Translations under genes and position numbers: made by a program
From: the human T2T-CHM13v2.0 reference genome, Homo sapiens
NCBI RefSeq assembly: GCF_009914755.1
Contig: NC_060937.1
Direction: 5' to 3' (one strand)
Length of the DNA stretch: 64,000 nucleotides
The notes under the pieces: model-generated
The model's input: only the letters and a program-made list of their open reading frames with translations
What the model was told of the DNA's origin: nothing
The model's database searches: none
Part shown: piece by piece, positions 1 through 14,854 of the stretch
How positions within the stretch are numbered: the stretch's first letter is position 1
How the letters are laid out: every line of letters starts with the position of its first letter

Positions 1-1085
1 GCCTCAGTTTTTCCCATACCTCAAGGTGTCTCCTGTGGTGGTTGCAAAACAGCAAGGATGATTGTCTCCTTGCTGTCCTGAAGATGATGCTCCATCTTCA
101 GGGATCTCTGTCCCTGAGGGGCACCGACCTTATACCAGCAGGAATATTCCTGTATAAGGTGGTCTGGCAACCCCTATTGTGGGGTTTTACCCTGTCAGGA
201 TGCATGAGATCTGGTACTTGCTTAATGAAGCACTCTGGCTGCTCCTTGGCAGAGAAGGTGTGCTGGACTGGGGGGAATCCCACTCACCTGGGCTACCCGG
301 ATTCCTCAGAGACAGCAGGAGTAAAAAGTAAGTTTACTGCTCCTCAGAGACCATGGCTGCCCCTCCCATCAGGGGCTCAGTCCCAAGGAGCTCAGAGTTC
401 TCTCCTTAATCCCCTGGCTAGAGTTGCTGAAATTCCTGCAGGGAGGCCCTGCACAGTGAGGAGGGATGGGTCAGGGCCTGGCCTAAAGAGGCAGTCTGGC
501 CATTATCTGCTACAGCCGCTGTGATGTGATTTGAGGAATTCCTCTCGGGTCCAAATCATCCAGTCACCCTGGCACCAGCAGGGGAAAAACAGCAGACTGT
601 AGCTCCAGAAATGGCAGCTGTCCCTCCACCCTGGAGCTCAGTTGTCTTAGACAGCAGTCAGGTGCAACGACTGCGGCCAACCCTCCCTCTGGGAACTCCG
701 TAGTCTTGGGCAGTCTCCATCTGAGTAGCTGCTGAGAATCAGCACTGCTCTGTGCTTGGGACCCAAGGTCCTGTTGGTGTGGGCTCAAAAAGGGGATTTC
801 CTGATCTGCAGGTTGCACAGATCTATGGGAAAAGCATGGTTTCCCAGGCAGGGTAGCATGATCACTCACTGCTTCCCTTGGCTTGGGGTGGATACCCAGT
901 GTGGCTCCCAGGTGGGCCGTCACACCATCCTGCATTTCCTCACTTTCCATAGGTCATGCCAACTACCTAGTCAGTCCCAATGAGAGACCTGGACATCTCA
1001 GTTGCCGGTGCCGGATTCACTCGCCACTTCGGTTCTTGGTGAGAGGCTCCTACTGCAGCTGTTTCTAGTCAGCCAACTTGGCCCC
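1..1085 (-). mobile_element. LINE-1 5' UTR of an older primate L1P lineage (about L1PA8-L1PA16); continues beyond the left edge
   Basis: The reverse complement of the right end reads GGGGCCAAGTTGGCTGACTAGAAACAGCTGCAG, matching the L1 5' start GGCCAAGATGGCCGACTAGAAGCAGCT. GC-rich UTR-like sequence changes abruptly to AT-rich flank at about 1087. Confidence 0.8.
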
Positions 1086-2384
1086 TGATATATCCATATA
1101 CTTCTTTAAAAAACAAGGACCATATTTGCCCTATCATACATACCACAACTCACTGCACCATCACAAAGTAGTATTAAGTTTAGCAAACTCCAATCTGTAG
1201 AAAAAGAGAACACATTTATTGTTATTGACATCAATAATTAATAGAAATAAAGAAAAGAATGTTACATTTTGAAGCAGAAATAAAAATAAAGATGACCTAA
1301 GTCAAGCTATTGCTAATACTACTAGGGAGAGAAATTTGAACCTTTCAAATGAGAACAAAGGTTCAAGATAAGGAAATGAGGAGATGATGACTTAAAAAAA
1401 TTTACTTCAATTTATTCTCTGCTTTCAGGTCAAGATTAGTGGAAATAAATAACTCTAACAACATTTCTAATATAGGATAATATTACTTAAGATGTTTTGG
1501 GAAAAGAGAGTGTATATCCTTAAAAAAAAAAACTAGTTGGGTCCTATCACTTACTGAGAAGTATCTATATCCAAGATCTTTGCTACTCTGCAGGATTTAT
1601 CAATTCAAATGTACATATTTCATACTTACAACATAAAACATAGAGGTTTAAATGACTAATATTTGACAGGTTTAAAACATATAAAATTAAGGAAACCGAA
1701 GTAGTTATCGTTTCTGCATTTCCTGTGGAGTAACTTGTTACTACCATGTTGTGCTTAAAGACACATAGAAGAATGAGAATCCCACACTCCCTAAATATTC
1801 AGCTCTCAATTTTCAAGGGACAGCAGAAATTACAGTAGTATCTTACCATATCTGGAAATAATTTCCATGGCTTAAAGTCTTACAATAGTCAGATGAAGTG
1901 CAAGCCTCTTTTACATAGATCACAAGACCACATATTAGTTTAATCATATTTAGTAATCTCAGGATTGAAATTCAACCACTTTGGGAAGACAGAATGAAAG
2001 GAAGAAACGCACGCTTAACAAGAAAATATAGACATTCAGTTTGCCTTTACTTTCCAGGATATCTAGCTGAAAAGCTAATGGATATGTGTGTGTGTATATA
2101 TTTATATATACATCCTAAAAATAAAATAAAAATACCAGGACTAAATTGATCCAGAAACTCTAATTCTAAGCTGATACACAGATCTCTATATGATCAGACA
2201 TATTTTGTCAATCTTTGACTTGTATTTATTAAAATAAGCTATAAAGGAGATATAACTAAGTAATCTTAGAATTCTGAGAAGCCAAGCTGGATATGAAGTG
2301 AAAAGGCCATGAAAATGTGACCTATTAGGACTATTTTATCCAAAATTACATTTAAAATGAGTTTTCCCTTTCTTTGTTCCTTTC

Positions 2385-3460
<1,076 letters not shown>

Positions 3461-3974
3461 ATTATTGATATTGACATAAAATGACCACTGTGAGTTAGTC
3501 ATAATAACTATAAGCATATTTTGAAGATTTAATAAGTGTACAGAATATTAGCATTTTATATCAGATTCAGAATATTCTTCTGATGTGTCCAGTTATAGAA
3601 ATAATAGTCATCTTTATTTAACACAATACAAATTGGCTATCAACTACACATACATACACACACAAATTACTTACAATAGAACAACAGGAAATTATTTTCT
3701 TGAGTGCCATAAATAAAAGAAATTTCTTTTCTCTTCAAACAATTTTTAAAGTCAACCAAATTGTTCAGAAGAGATAAACCTATATTTATAAATATAGTTA
3801 GACTTTTATTTTGACTTTAAACTCACTCTTGGAATTTTTTTCTGAGAGGGTTTTCAAAGAATAAATAAATATAATTTGTTTATTATTCTTAAGAATAAAT
3901 TCAATACCAACTACTCTTTTTTATTTTTACGTGACATCTCATTGCACTTATCATATAATGTAGCAAATAAATGA

Positions 3975-4110
3975 CCAGATTATGTGTCTGTGTCCCCCAT
4001 TACACTGTAAGCTCCACTAGGGCAGAGCTGGCCTCATTCACCTTTACATTTTCAATATCAAGCACCGCTCCGGGTACTAATAGATTTTCAATGTACAAGT
4101 ATTGAAAGAA
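3975..4110 (+). mobile_element. L2 3' end fragment
   Basis: TACACTGTAAGCTCCACTAGGGCAG resembles the L2 terminal motif. Confidence 0.55.
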
Positions 4111-6848
4111 ACTTAAATGGATAAAATGTACTATATTCTTTCTGTTTTAAATTCACCTATCATATTAATAATTATCAGACCAACATTTCTACTTAGAAAT
4201 CCCAAGTAATACAATAACGACTCAGATTCTAATAATGAATTATTATATAAAATCATAATAGAATCTTAGAAGGAACAAAACTCAGAAGCCATCTAGTCCA
4301 ACCACCACTCAGTACACAAATTGCTTTTCTAGTGATAGACAGAATAATAGGTAACTTCACACATTGCTGAGTAAGATCCACTACTTAATTTTGTTTTCTA
4401 ATATTTAGCCAAAAATCTTCACCCATATAAATTTTACTCAGAAGTATGATCAAGTTTTCTGCTCTCTTTCATACAGAGCTCTTTTCCTCCCTACAAATCT
4501 TCACATTTTATTGGCATATTGACATTTAATCAACTAAAACTCTTATTTTTTTCATATTTGGTACAGTCAATGCAAGTATAGTATATTCAAAACATAAACA
4601 AGTGTGTGCGTGTATCTGTCTGTGTGTCTTTTCAAAGAAATCACATATAGGTCTATTAAACATTTCTGTTTTCTGTCATGCAACATTAACTGTGCCTCTC
4701 TCTTTAATAGAATTTTAAAAGTTGCTACGCACTTCTAATTTTTTAGATTTTACAGTGTCTGGATTCTAATTACTGATAAAGGTGATATACAAAACAGAAC
4801 AAAATCAGAGCTCCCCCCAGGTTAATGATAATCTATCATGTTTGGGTACAAGTTATATACCCAACTATATTATCCTAGTTTGTGTCTTTTATCTTTGGAA
4901 ATAGAGCAATAGATGTTGTCACCATGCCAAATTGAGAAACATTTACATTTGTGATTTTTCTTTACTTTCTCATTTGAAAAAGCAAATAATTCAGATATGT
5001 CAAATGAGAGGTGAATGTAAGATCACTGTAAAATCTCTTTCTTTGCAGGGTATCGTAAGTGGATAGTTGTAAAAGTTGTAATCTGTTATGTTTAGATTAT
5101 AAGGATCTTCACATTAATTTGCCTTGGAATATTTTTCTGTATTTGAATATTTTCGTGTTCATTTAGGTGGGAAATTACTCCCAGCTGGATGTCTCTCAGT
5201 ATGTATTGGACTGTCTGCCATTCTCCCCACAGTAAATGTGATGTGTATCTTCATCTTACACCCCTCATCCATATGCTTTGCAAATTTTTGACAATCCCCC
5301 ATAGTATTTCCAAGATAGCAAACTAAATCTCTATAATTAATTGTGAAACTTTTCCAAAACTGTTGCATAAATTCTGGAACCAACGTTTTCCCTCTGTCTC
5401 ATGGTAGAAAGGGAAAATTGATGCATTTCAATTACCAAGGGTAGCCAACACAAAATGTCATTGAATTTATCTATCTCTGATTATAAATGGGAATTTCCCT
5501 GGTTTTTATTTTGAATTCTGTAGACCCACAGAGCAATGTTCCCTCTGTGCAAGTCAACACACACCCTTAAACAAACGCATACACACATACACATTCACAC
5601 ACTTATGTACCCTTACACATACATACCACCTCTGTATCATTTATACTATTCACAGTTACTCACTGGGCATATACACGTGTCAGTGGAACAAGAAAGAGTC
5701 TTTCTTTCTAGAAAATTAGGAAAAGTATTTTAGGTACTGTTGAAATCAGCTATTTTGCTTTACAGTTGTATGTACTGTTTCCTTAATGATCTGTTACTTC
5801 TCATTCCCTCTCAATATAAAGCTTTAGGACAACTTGCTGGGAAAACACAGATGGGTAGCCAATGTTCTAAAGGTATACAATACCTTTGGCATCACTGGAT
5901 ACATTCAATCAGCTTACCCATCATCTAACGTTAGGTTAATATAAAATGTCTTTGATAGAAATACCAGAAATTGCTGGAAATGTATTATCTCTTCTGTGTA
6001 TGAGTAAGACTTAGAAAAAGAGACAATGAAAAGATTAAAGAAAAAGATGAAGATGCATGATGTCTAGTTCTCAAAGACTGTGAAAGACAAGCACAAACAA
6101 CTCCCTAATACTATAAAAATAAGTCTTGGTGGGGCTAAGAGATCAAAATTCCAAAGTTCTCACATTACAGAGTAGAAACTGATGATCATAGGGATTCAAT
6201 ATGACAGAAACTATCAGTGGCAATTTCTTGACTTTAAACAAGCTTTATTATATGAAGATTGCTCATTTTATTTTTGTGAGTAGTCCACATGTTATGTGAA
6301 GTTAGAGCATGCTGAAAAGCACGTGAACAAATAAGCACTGATGTCTAACTAGTGGTTGATAAAACCTTAACACCTCCAGACTTATAGATAGATACTTTTC
6401 CTTTTATATAAACCCTAAGTGGTAATACTGTCCAGAAAAGGATTTATTCTAGTCCATCAGCATTAAAGAAGGCTTGATGTAGCATAAATAATGGTGGATA
6501 AATATCAAACATATTATTGCTGCTACCAGCTATGCTTCACAGTGTAAGCAAAAGCTTTCTTCTACTTTTTAAGTGCCTATATTTAATGTATTTGCTGTTT
6601 GATTTTATATTTAGACATTTTACAACTGAAATTTACGGCTTAAAATGTTTTGTAGATTAAAATTCTACTTGTCATTATGAAGAGTAGCAAATGACCAACT
6701 GAAGTAATGTTAGAATAGAAGAAAACAAGAAAAAATGCAAGTCTCACCTGCTGAAAAAAAATGTTATCTTAATGTGAGTTCTGATGCTAGACAGGTGCAC
6801 AAATGTAAAAAAAATTGCATATATGAAAATTATGTGCCAATTCTCATC

Positions 6849-9156
6849 TGATATGGTTTGGCTATGTCCCAACCCAAATCTCATCTTGAATTGTCACTGA
6901 CACAATCCCTGTATGTCATGGGAGGGACCTAGTGGGAGGTAATTGAATTATGGGAATGGGTTTTTCCTGTACTGTTCTTATGATAGTGAATAAGTCTTAT
7001 GAGATCTGATGGTTTTATAAAGGGCAGTTCCCCTACACATGCTTTCTTGCCTGCCACCATGTAAGACACACCTTTGTGCCTCCTTCCTTTCTGCCATGAT
7101 TGTGATTCCTCCCCAGCCATGTGAGTCCATTAAACCTCTTTTTCTTTATAAATTAGCCAGCAGCAGGTATTTCCTCACAGCAGTATGAAAATGAATTAAT
7201 ACAGTAAATTGCTACCAGTAGAGTGGGGTACTGCTATTAAGATAACCAAACATGTGGAAGTGACTCTGGAACTGCATAATAGGCAGAGATTGGAACAGTT
7301 TGGAGGGCTCAAAAGAAGATAGGAAGATATGGGAAACTTTAGAGTTTCCCAGAGACTTAATGAATGGTTTTGACTAAAAAGTCCAGGCTGAGTTCATCTC
7401 ACATGGAGATGAGAAACTTATTAGGAACTGGAGCAAAGGCAATTCTTGCTATGCTTTGGAAAAGAGAATGGCAGCATTGTGCCCCTGCCCTAGAGATCTG
7501 TGGAAATTTGAACCTGAGAGAGATGATTTAGGGCATCTGGTGGAAGAAATTTCTAAGCAGCAAAGCATTCAAGGTGTGACTTGAGTGCTCTTAAAAGCAT
7601 TCAGTTTTATTCATTCACAAACATACAGTTTGGAAATGGGAACTTATGTTTAAAAGGGAAGCAGAGCATAAAAGTTTGAAAAATTTGCAGCCTGACAATG
7701 TGATAGAAAAGAAGAACCAATTTCCTGAGGAGAAATGCAAGTCTGCTGCAGAAATTTGCATAAGTAACAAAGAGCCAAATGTTAATCACCAAGACAATGG
7801 GGGAAAATGTCTTCAGGGCATGTCAGGGTCTTCAAGGCAGCCCCTCCCATCACAGGCCCAGAAGCATAGGAGGAAAAAACAGTTTCATGGGCTGGGCCAG
7901 GCCCAGGGTCTTGCTGGTTCGTGCAGTCTTGGGACTTGGTGCCCTGTGTCCCAGCCATGGCTAAAAGAGGCCAATATACAGCTCAGGCCATTCCTTCAGA
8001 AGGTGCAAGCCCCAAGCCTTGGTGGCTTAGATGTGGTGTTGGGCCTGTGGGTGCACAGATGTCAAGAATTGAGGTTTGGAAACCTCCCCCTAGATTTGAG
8101 AGGATGTATGGAAACTCCTGAATGTCCAGGAGAGGTGTGATGCAAGGGCAGAGCCCTCATGGGAAAACTCTGCTAGGACACAGCAGAAGGGAAATGTGTG
8201 GTGGGAGCCCCTACACAGAGTCCCCACGGGGGTACTGCCTAGTGAAGCTGTGAGAAGAGGACCACTGTCCTCCAGACCCCAGCCCTAGAATGGTAGATTC
8301 ATCAACAGCTTGCACCATGCACCTGGAAAAGCTGCAACTACTTAACGCCAGCCCATGAAAGCAGCCAGGAGGGAGGCTGTGCCCTACAAAACCACAGGGG
8401 CGGAGCTGCCCAAGACCATGGGAACCCATCTCTTGCATCAGTGTGACCTGGATGTGAGACATGAACTCAAAGGAGATCATTTTGGAGCTTTAAGATTTGA
8501 CTGCCCAGCTGGATTTTGGATTTGCATGGGGCCTGCAGTTCATTGGTTTTGGCCAATTTCTCCCATTTCCAATGGGAGTATTTACCCAATGCCTGTAACC
8601 CCATTGTATCTAGGAAGTAACAAACTTGCTTTTGATTTTACAGGCTCATAAGCAGAAGGGACTTGCCTCGCCTCAGAAGAGATTTTGGACTGTGGACTTT
8701 TGAGTTAATGCTGAAATGAATTCACTTTGGGGGATTTTTGGGAAAGCATGATTGGTTTTGAAATGTGAGGATATGAGATTTGGAAGGGGCCGGGGCTGAA
8801 TGATATGGTTTGGCTGTGTCCCCAACCCAAATCTCATCTTGAATTATAGTTCCCATAATCTCCACATGTCATGGGAGGGACCTGGTAAGAGGTAATCAAG
8901 TCACGTGGTGGGTTTTTCCCATGCTGTTCTCATGATAGTGAATATGAGATCTATGGTTTTATAAAGGGCAGTTCTCCTCCACATGCTCTCTTGCCTGCTG
9001 CCATGTAAGACGTGCATTTGCTCCTCCTTTTCCTTCCACCATGATTGTGAGGCCTCACCAGACATGTGGAACTGTGAGTCTATTAAACCTCTTTCTCCTT
9101 ATAGATTACCCAGTCTCAGGTATTTATTTATAGCAGTATGAAAATACGTTAATACA
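6849..9156 (+). mobile_element. Complete THE1 (ERVL-MaLR, THE1B/C-like) provirus: LTR 6849-7203, internal 7204-8800, LTR 8801-9156
   Basis: Both LTRs start TGATATGGTTTGGCT and end AATACA. A purine tract precedes the 3' LTR. Perfect 5-bp TSD TCATC at 6844-6848 and 9157-9161. Confidence 0.95.
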
Positions 9157-9987
9157 TCATCCCATGGGTTTTTCCAGCTAGTGTATATGAGAAGAGTCTA
9201 GCTTAAATAGAACATGTGTTATTCAAGAAATAAGAGGCAAAGACAGATCATGAATGCTTACTGTATTCCTTCATTAGCAATTATATATTCTGCATATTAG
9301 CTGAAGACAGTTAGATCATGATGATTATCAAACATCCTGAGAATATCAAGGTGATACATAATATGCTGACTAACAATATTCACAAAGGTTATAATAATAA
9401 AAAAATAATGGCTGGTGACTTCAGCATTTTTAGTTTCCTATTGTAATCTATTCAAAAGCTTTTATTTGATAATTAGATGTGCTTCTGTGATGAAAAATTA
9501 AGGTACGTAAGTGACAGAGAGTCCATTAAGAGAAAATTCTCTGAGAGAAAGAAACACTGACAACTATTGAAGAACCAGAAATTACCGTCTGAAAAAAAAA
9601 ATGCTTGATAACATTTGAGTTACTTAGTCTTGAATGGAAACAATAAGATAACTTAATAACTTCCTTTGGGGACAGAAAATATTTTTATAAAGATAACTTT
9701 CATGCTTGCTACAAGTAAATACTAATCTTCTGCTTGAATGAATTTTTGATGGTCAGAGATGTGTGAAAATGGACAGTAGCAAAGACATTATCAGAACAGA
9801 ATAAATGTAAAAAGTGCTTACTCAAGAGCAATTGAGAACAGAGTTGTTTGTGATCTCAGTTATTCCGAATACATGAACATGGGAATCATTTAACATCTTA
9901 GAGATTCCTTACCAATAAATTCAGGGTATTGATGAGATGCTGCTTAAGATAACTTTTGATTTTAAAAATATATTCCTCTGATCCAGT

Positions 9988-12515
9988 TGATATGGCTTGG
10001 CTGTGTCCCCACCCAAATCTTGTCTTGAATTCCCATGTGTTGTGGGAGGGGCCCGGTGGGAGGTAATTGAATCATGGGGGCAGGTCTTTCCTGTGCTGTT
10101 CTCATGATAGTGAATAAGTCTTATGAGATCTGATGGTTTTAAAAAGGGGAATTTCCCTGCACAAGCTCTCTTTTCTTGTCTGTCACCATGTGAGACATGC
10201 CTTTGACCTTCTGCCATGATTGTGAGGCCTCCCCACCCACGTGGAACTGTAAGTCCATTAAACTTCTTTCTTTTGTAAATTCCCCAGTCTCCAGTATGTC
10301 TTTATCAGCAGTGTGAAAACAGACTAATACAGTAAATTGGTACCAGCAGAGTAGGGCACTGATGAAAAGATACCTGAAAATGTGGAAGTGACTTTGGAAC
10401 TGGGTAACAAGCAGAGGTTGGAACAGTTTGGAGGGCTCAGAAGAAGATGGGAAAATGTGGGAAATTTTGAAACTTCCTAGAGACTTGTTGAATGGCTTTG
10501 ACCAAAATGCTGCTAACAATATGGACAACAAAATCCAGGCCGAGGTGGTCTCAGATGGAGATGAGAAACTTGTTGGGACCCGGAGTAAAGGTGACTCTTG
10601 TTATGTTTTAGCAAGGAGACTGGCAGCATTTTGCCCCTGTCCTAGTGATTTGTGGAACTTTGAACTTGAGAGAGATAGTTTAGGGTATCTTGCGGATGAA
10701 ATTTCTAAGCAGCAGAGCATTCGAGGGGTGACTTGTATGCTGCTAAAGGCATGAAAAGAAAATCGCATTTTCTGAGGAGAAATTCAAGCTGGCTGCATAA
10801 ATTTGCTTAAGTAACGAGGAGCCGAATGTTAATCACCGAGACAATGGGGAAAATGGCTCCAGAGTATGACAGAGACGTTTGTGGCAGCCCCTCCCATCAC
10901 AGGCTTGGAGGTTTAGGAAGAAAATGTGGTTTTGTGGGCCGGGCCCAGGGTCTCTCTGCTGTGCGCAGTCTAAAGACTTGGCGCCCTGCATCCTAGCCGC
11001 ACTAGCCGTGGCTGAAAGGGGCCAATGGAGAGCTCGGGCTGTGGCTTCAGAGTGTGCCAGTCCCAAGCCTTGGCAGCTTCCAAGTGACATTGAGCCTGCG
11101 AGTCCACAAACGTCAAGAATTGAGATTTGGGGCCAGGCGCAGTGGCTCATGCCTGTTATCCCAGCACTTTGGGAGGCTGAGGCAGGCGAATCACCTGAGG
11201 TTGGGAGTTTGAGACCAGCCTGATCAACATGGAGAATCCCCGTCTCTATTAAAAATACAAAAATTAGACAGATGTGGTGGTGCATGCCTGTAATACCAGC
11301 TACTCAGGAGGCTGAGGCAGGAGAATCACTTGAACCCGGGAGGCGGAAGTTGCGGTGAGCTGAGGACATGCCATTGCACTTCCAGCCTGAGCAACGAGAG
11401 CGAAACTCAGTCTCAAAAAAAAAAAAAAAACAAAAAAAAAACGACGCTTGGGGACCTCCTCCTGGATTTCAGAGGATGTATGGAAACACCTGATGCCCAG
11501 GCAGATGTTTGCTGCAGGTGGGACTCTCATGGAGCAATTCTACTAGGGCAGTGCAGAAGGGAAATGTGGGGTTGGAGACCCCAAACAGATTCCCTACTCT
11601 GTCATCACCAGGCAGAGCTGTGAGAAGAGGGCCACTGTCCTCCAGAACCCGGAATGGTAGATCCACCGACGGCTTGCACCGTGCACCTGGAAAAGCTGCA
11701 GACACTCAACACCAGCCCATGAAAGCAGTCAGGAGGGGAGGCAGTACCCTGCAAAACCACAGGGGCAGAGCTGCCCAAGACAGTGAATAGGAACCCATCT
11801 CTTGCATCAGCGTGACCTGGATGTGAGACATGGAGTCAAAGGAGACATTTTGGAGCTTTAAGATTTGACTGCCTTGATGGATTTTGGACTTGCATGGGGC
11901 ATGTAGCTCCTTGGTTTTGGCCAATTTCTCTCATTTGGAATGGTTGTATTTACCAAATGCTTGTATCCCCGTTGTATCTAGGAAGTAACTAACTTACTTT
12001 TGATTTTACACGCTCATAGGTGGAAGAGACTTGCCTTGTCTCAGATGAGACTTTGGACTGTGGACTTTTGAGTTAGTGCTGAAATGAGTTAAGACTTTGA
12101 GGGACTGTTGGGAAGGCTTGATTGGTTTTGAAATCTGAGGACATGAGATTTGGAAGGGGCTAGGGGCTGAATGATATGGTTTGGCTTTGTTTCCACCCAA
12201 ATCTCATCTTGAATTCCTACCTATTGTAGGAGGGACCCGGTGGGAGGTAATTGAATCACGGGGGCAGGTGTTTCCTGTGCTGTTCTTGTGGTAGTGAATA
12301 AGTCTCTCTAGATTTGATGGTTTTAAAAAGGAGAATTTCCCTGCACGAACTCTCTTCTCTTGTCTGCTGCCATGTGAGACATGCTTTTGACCTTCCGCCA
12401 TGATTGTGAGGACTCCCCAGGCACGTGGAAGTGTAAATCCATTAAATCTCTTTCTTTCTTAAATTCCCCAGTTGCGGGTATTTCTTTATCAGCAGTGTGA
12501 AAACCGACGAATACA
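9988..12515 (+). mobile_element. Complete THE1A-like provirus: LTR 9988-10331, internal 10332-12171 (contains an Alu), LTR 12172-12515
   Basis: LTR termini TGATATGG...AATACA. The short GAATTCCCATGTGTTG form is THE1A-type. TSD CCAGT / CCAAT has 1 mismatch. Confidence 0.95.
11131..11440 (+). mobile_element. Alu, AluSp-like, nested in THE1 internal region
   Basis: GAGGTTGGGAGTTTGAGACCAGCCTGATCAACATGGAGAA and GCAACGAGAGCGAAAC are AluSp-type. THE1-int resumes after the A-tail. Confidence 0.93.
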
Positions 12516-14239
12516 CCAATGGACCCTAGTATGCATGCAATCAAGATGCTGTAAGTTCTATAGTCACTGTGAAAAGAGCTAAATATGAGATGACCTAAAC
12601 TTTGTATAATCATTTTTCTGCAAATATTTACTAAATATTAAGCATATAATAGTCCCAATGCAAAACCAAAGACGAATAAATTGATCAAATAGAACTCTTA
12701 CACTCCGTAATCTAGGAATAACTAATGACCTCGTATTCCTTACACATTTATATATATTCCAGAGTAGGCATGTATAGTTTGCTATGTAGAATTATACATA
12801 GGTCCATTGACAAGTTACATCAGTTTTAACAAAACACTTTTAAAATATTTGGTAAGTTAATTTTTATGTGTAGACAAATAAAATGTATTGTTATGCACAC
12901 ACACATACCCAGGAACATTTTAAAAATCGTGATTTCTCTGAAATTATTATTGCGAATGATAGGACAAAACTGAGGAATGTGCCATATTCTGGAAGAAGTG
13001 AAGTCTGCATTTGAATCAATTTTATGTTGTCCCTGTTATACAGGGTTAGGAATGTTTATATACTTCTGCCACTCTATATTTCTTTAGCTATTTAAAAATA
13101 AATGACCTGTAATAATTTTGTCTTCAAATTTATCTTTACCTTCCCTTAATTTATGTGAAGGATTTATGTTGTGATAAACATCTACTGCCAAGATGTCATA
13201 TAAAATTTGAATCCATCTGGATTATTTCACTATTCTGGGTACAAATCACAAGTCCATAGAATTATGATCTCTCAGGCCTAATGGAGCTAACCGCCACTCT
13301 TTCCAACCCTCAGGAAAAGTATCTGTTTTGCCATACAATTGAGTTATGATATAAGAAGGAATTTGCTACTATATTTTCAATTAACTAAAAAACATCTTAT
13401 TCAATGTGTATAGTTTTTAGCAAACATTCAGAAGATACCATAATATCAAAGTAATCTCATTATATTCTGTCTGCCAGATCAGTCTCTGTTTCATTACACC
13501 AGGAACACAATATTGTAGGTCTTAGCTTTTAAGGAATATTCTGGCATTGACTTAAATGGCTGCAACATTAAGCATAATACTAACAGCAGTGATAACAGCA
13601 ATGAAGAGGAAAAACGTGATCACCAAGCAACTGGTGGCATAAGTGGCATAGAAATAACCACTATGAGTGCAGCAGAAGGTTTTAAGAACTCAGCATCAAT
13701 TCAGTATGCTATGATGGGCTGGGTAATTCAGTCTAAGAAAATAGATTATCTATTTAGTAGATGATACTTATAATAACATCAGTGTTTTCAACCTACTTTT
13801 TATTGTTTGAGTAAAGTGGCAAGAGGCAGAAGACACAAGAAAGTAGAAAACAGAAAACAAAACAAAAAAGTTGAAATTTAAAAAGCTGAAAATCCTCAGA
13901 AACTAAACTAAACAGAAGAACAAATGGTAAAAGTCTGGAGAAGACAGTGCTGGAAGCATCTGTGGGAAAAGATTTGAGTGGTATCTTTAAAACTGCACTG
14001 ATATCTGTGATAAATGGACATTATAGATAAAAGCAAATGTTGTGAGCTACAGCAGATAAGAAAATCGCCAGTAATGACACAAAAGAGAGGAAAAATTTAC
14101 ATTCTGTAGAGGAATAAAAGTTCACATCCACTCCTCAATATGTGATAGGACTTGGGTGTTACTCAGAACACATGACCAGAGAAGGTCAACTGCATGTGGA
14201 GGTATATCCTGCTGTTCACATGAGGATTATTCATGGACT

Positions 14240-14390
14240 ACAGTCATTTCTAACCTGGCCCAAATTTAGAATCACCTGAAAAACATTTAAAAAATGTGAA
14301 TGCTTGTTTCTCAACTCCAGAGATTCAAATACAATTGGACAACTGTGTTCTCCATGTAATTCCAACATATAGCCAGATTGGGAACCAGTA
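14240..14390. mobile_element. MER5-like hAT-Charlie MITE remnant
   Basis: TTAGAATCACCTG...CTCCAGAGATTC...GCCAGATTGGGAACCA motifs. Confidence 0.55.
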
Positions 14391-14854
14391 GGGTAAACCA
14401 TCTCATCCTATGTACTAAAGATTTGGATGCATCTCTATAGCCACAAACACAGCATGCCATGATAAATTAAGAAGATACAAAATGTAGGAGTGTGTGGTAC
14501 ATTTTTAAAAAGGCATCCATTTAAAACATTTAAATGTATGCAGGGTGTTTCCCTCTTCCAATTTTCTTTCAACAACAGATTTTGGATGACTAGCTTAATT
14601 GTAATTTAAATACTATTTGCATGCATTATTTATATTCATCTAGCTATTTTGCCTTTGGAATTATCATTTTACTTGCGGATTGAAAAAGTTTGAAAAATTG
14701 AGTTCATATTTAAAAGTAAATATTAAGAGCAAAGCAAAGTTTAAACTTGGTTGTAAAGTTTATCTTCCATTTGTTAAACTTTGTTAGATATTTTTATCTT
14801 ATATGAATTAATGGTAATTAATTATATTAATATTATTCTCTTTTCAATAACCTT

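Noticed and set aside
42-1068. ORFs of 61-160 aa at the left edge
   Set aside because: They lie in a GC-rich L1 5' UTR, where open frames arise by chance.
7607-12613. Cluster of overlapping ORFs up to 164 aa
   Set aside because: All are within THE1 LTR, internal or Alu sequence. They are fragments of the decayed MaLR internal region, not host genes.
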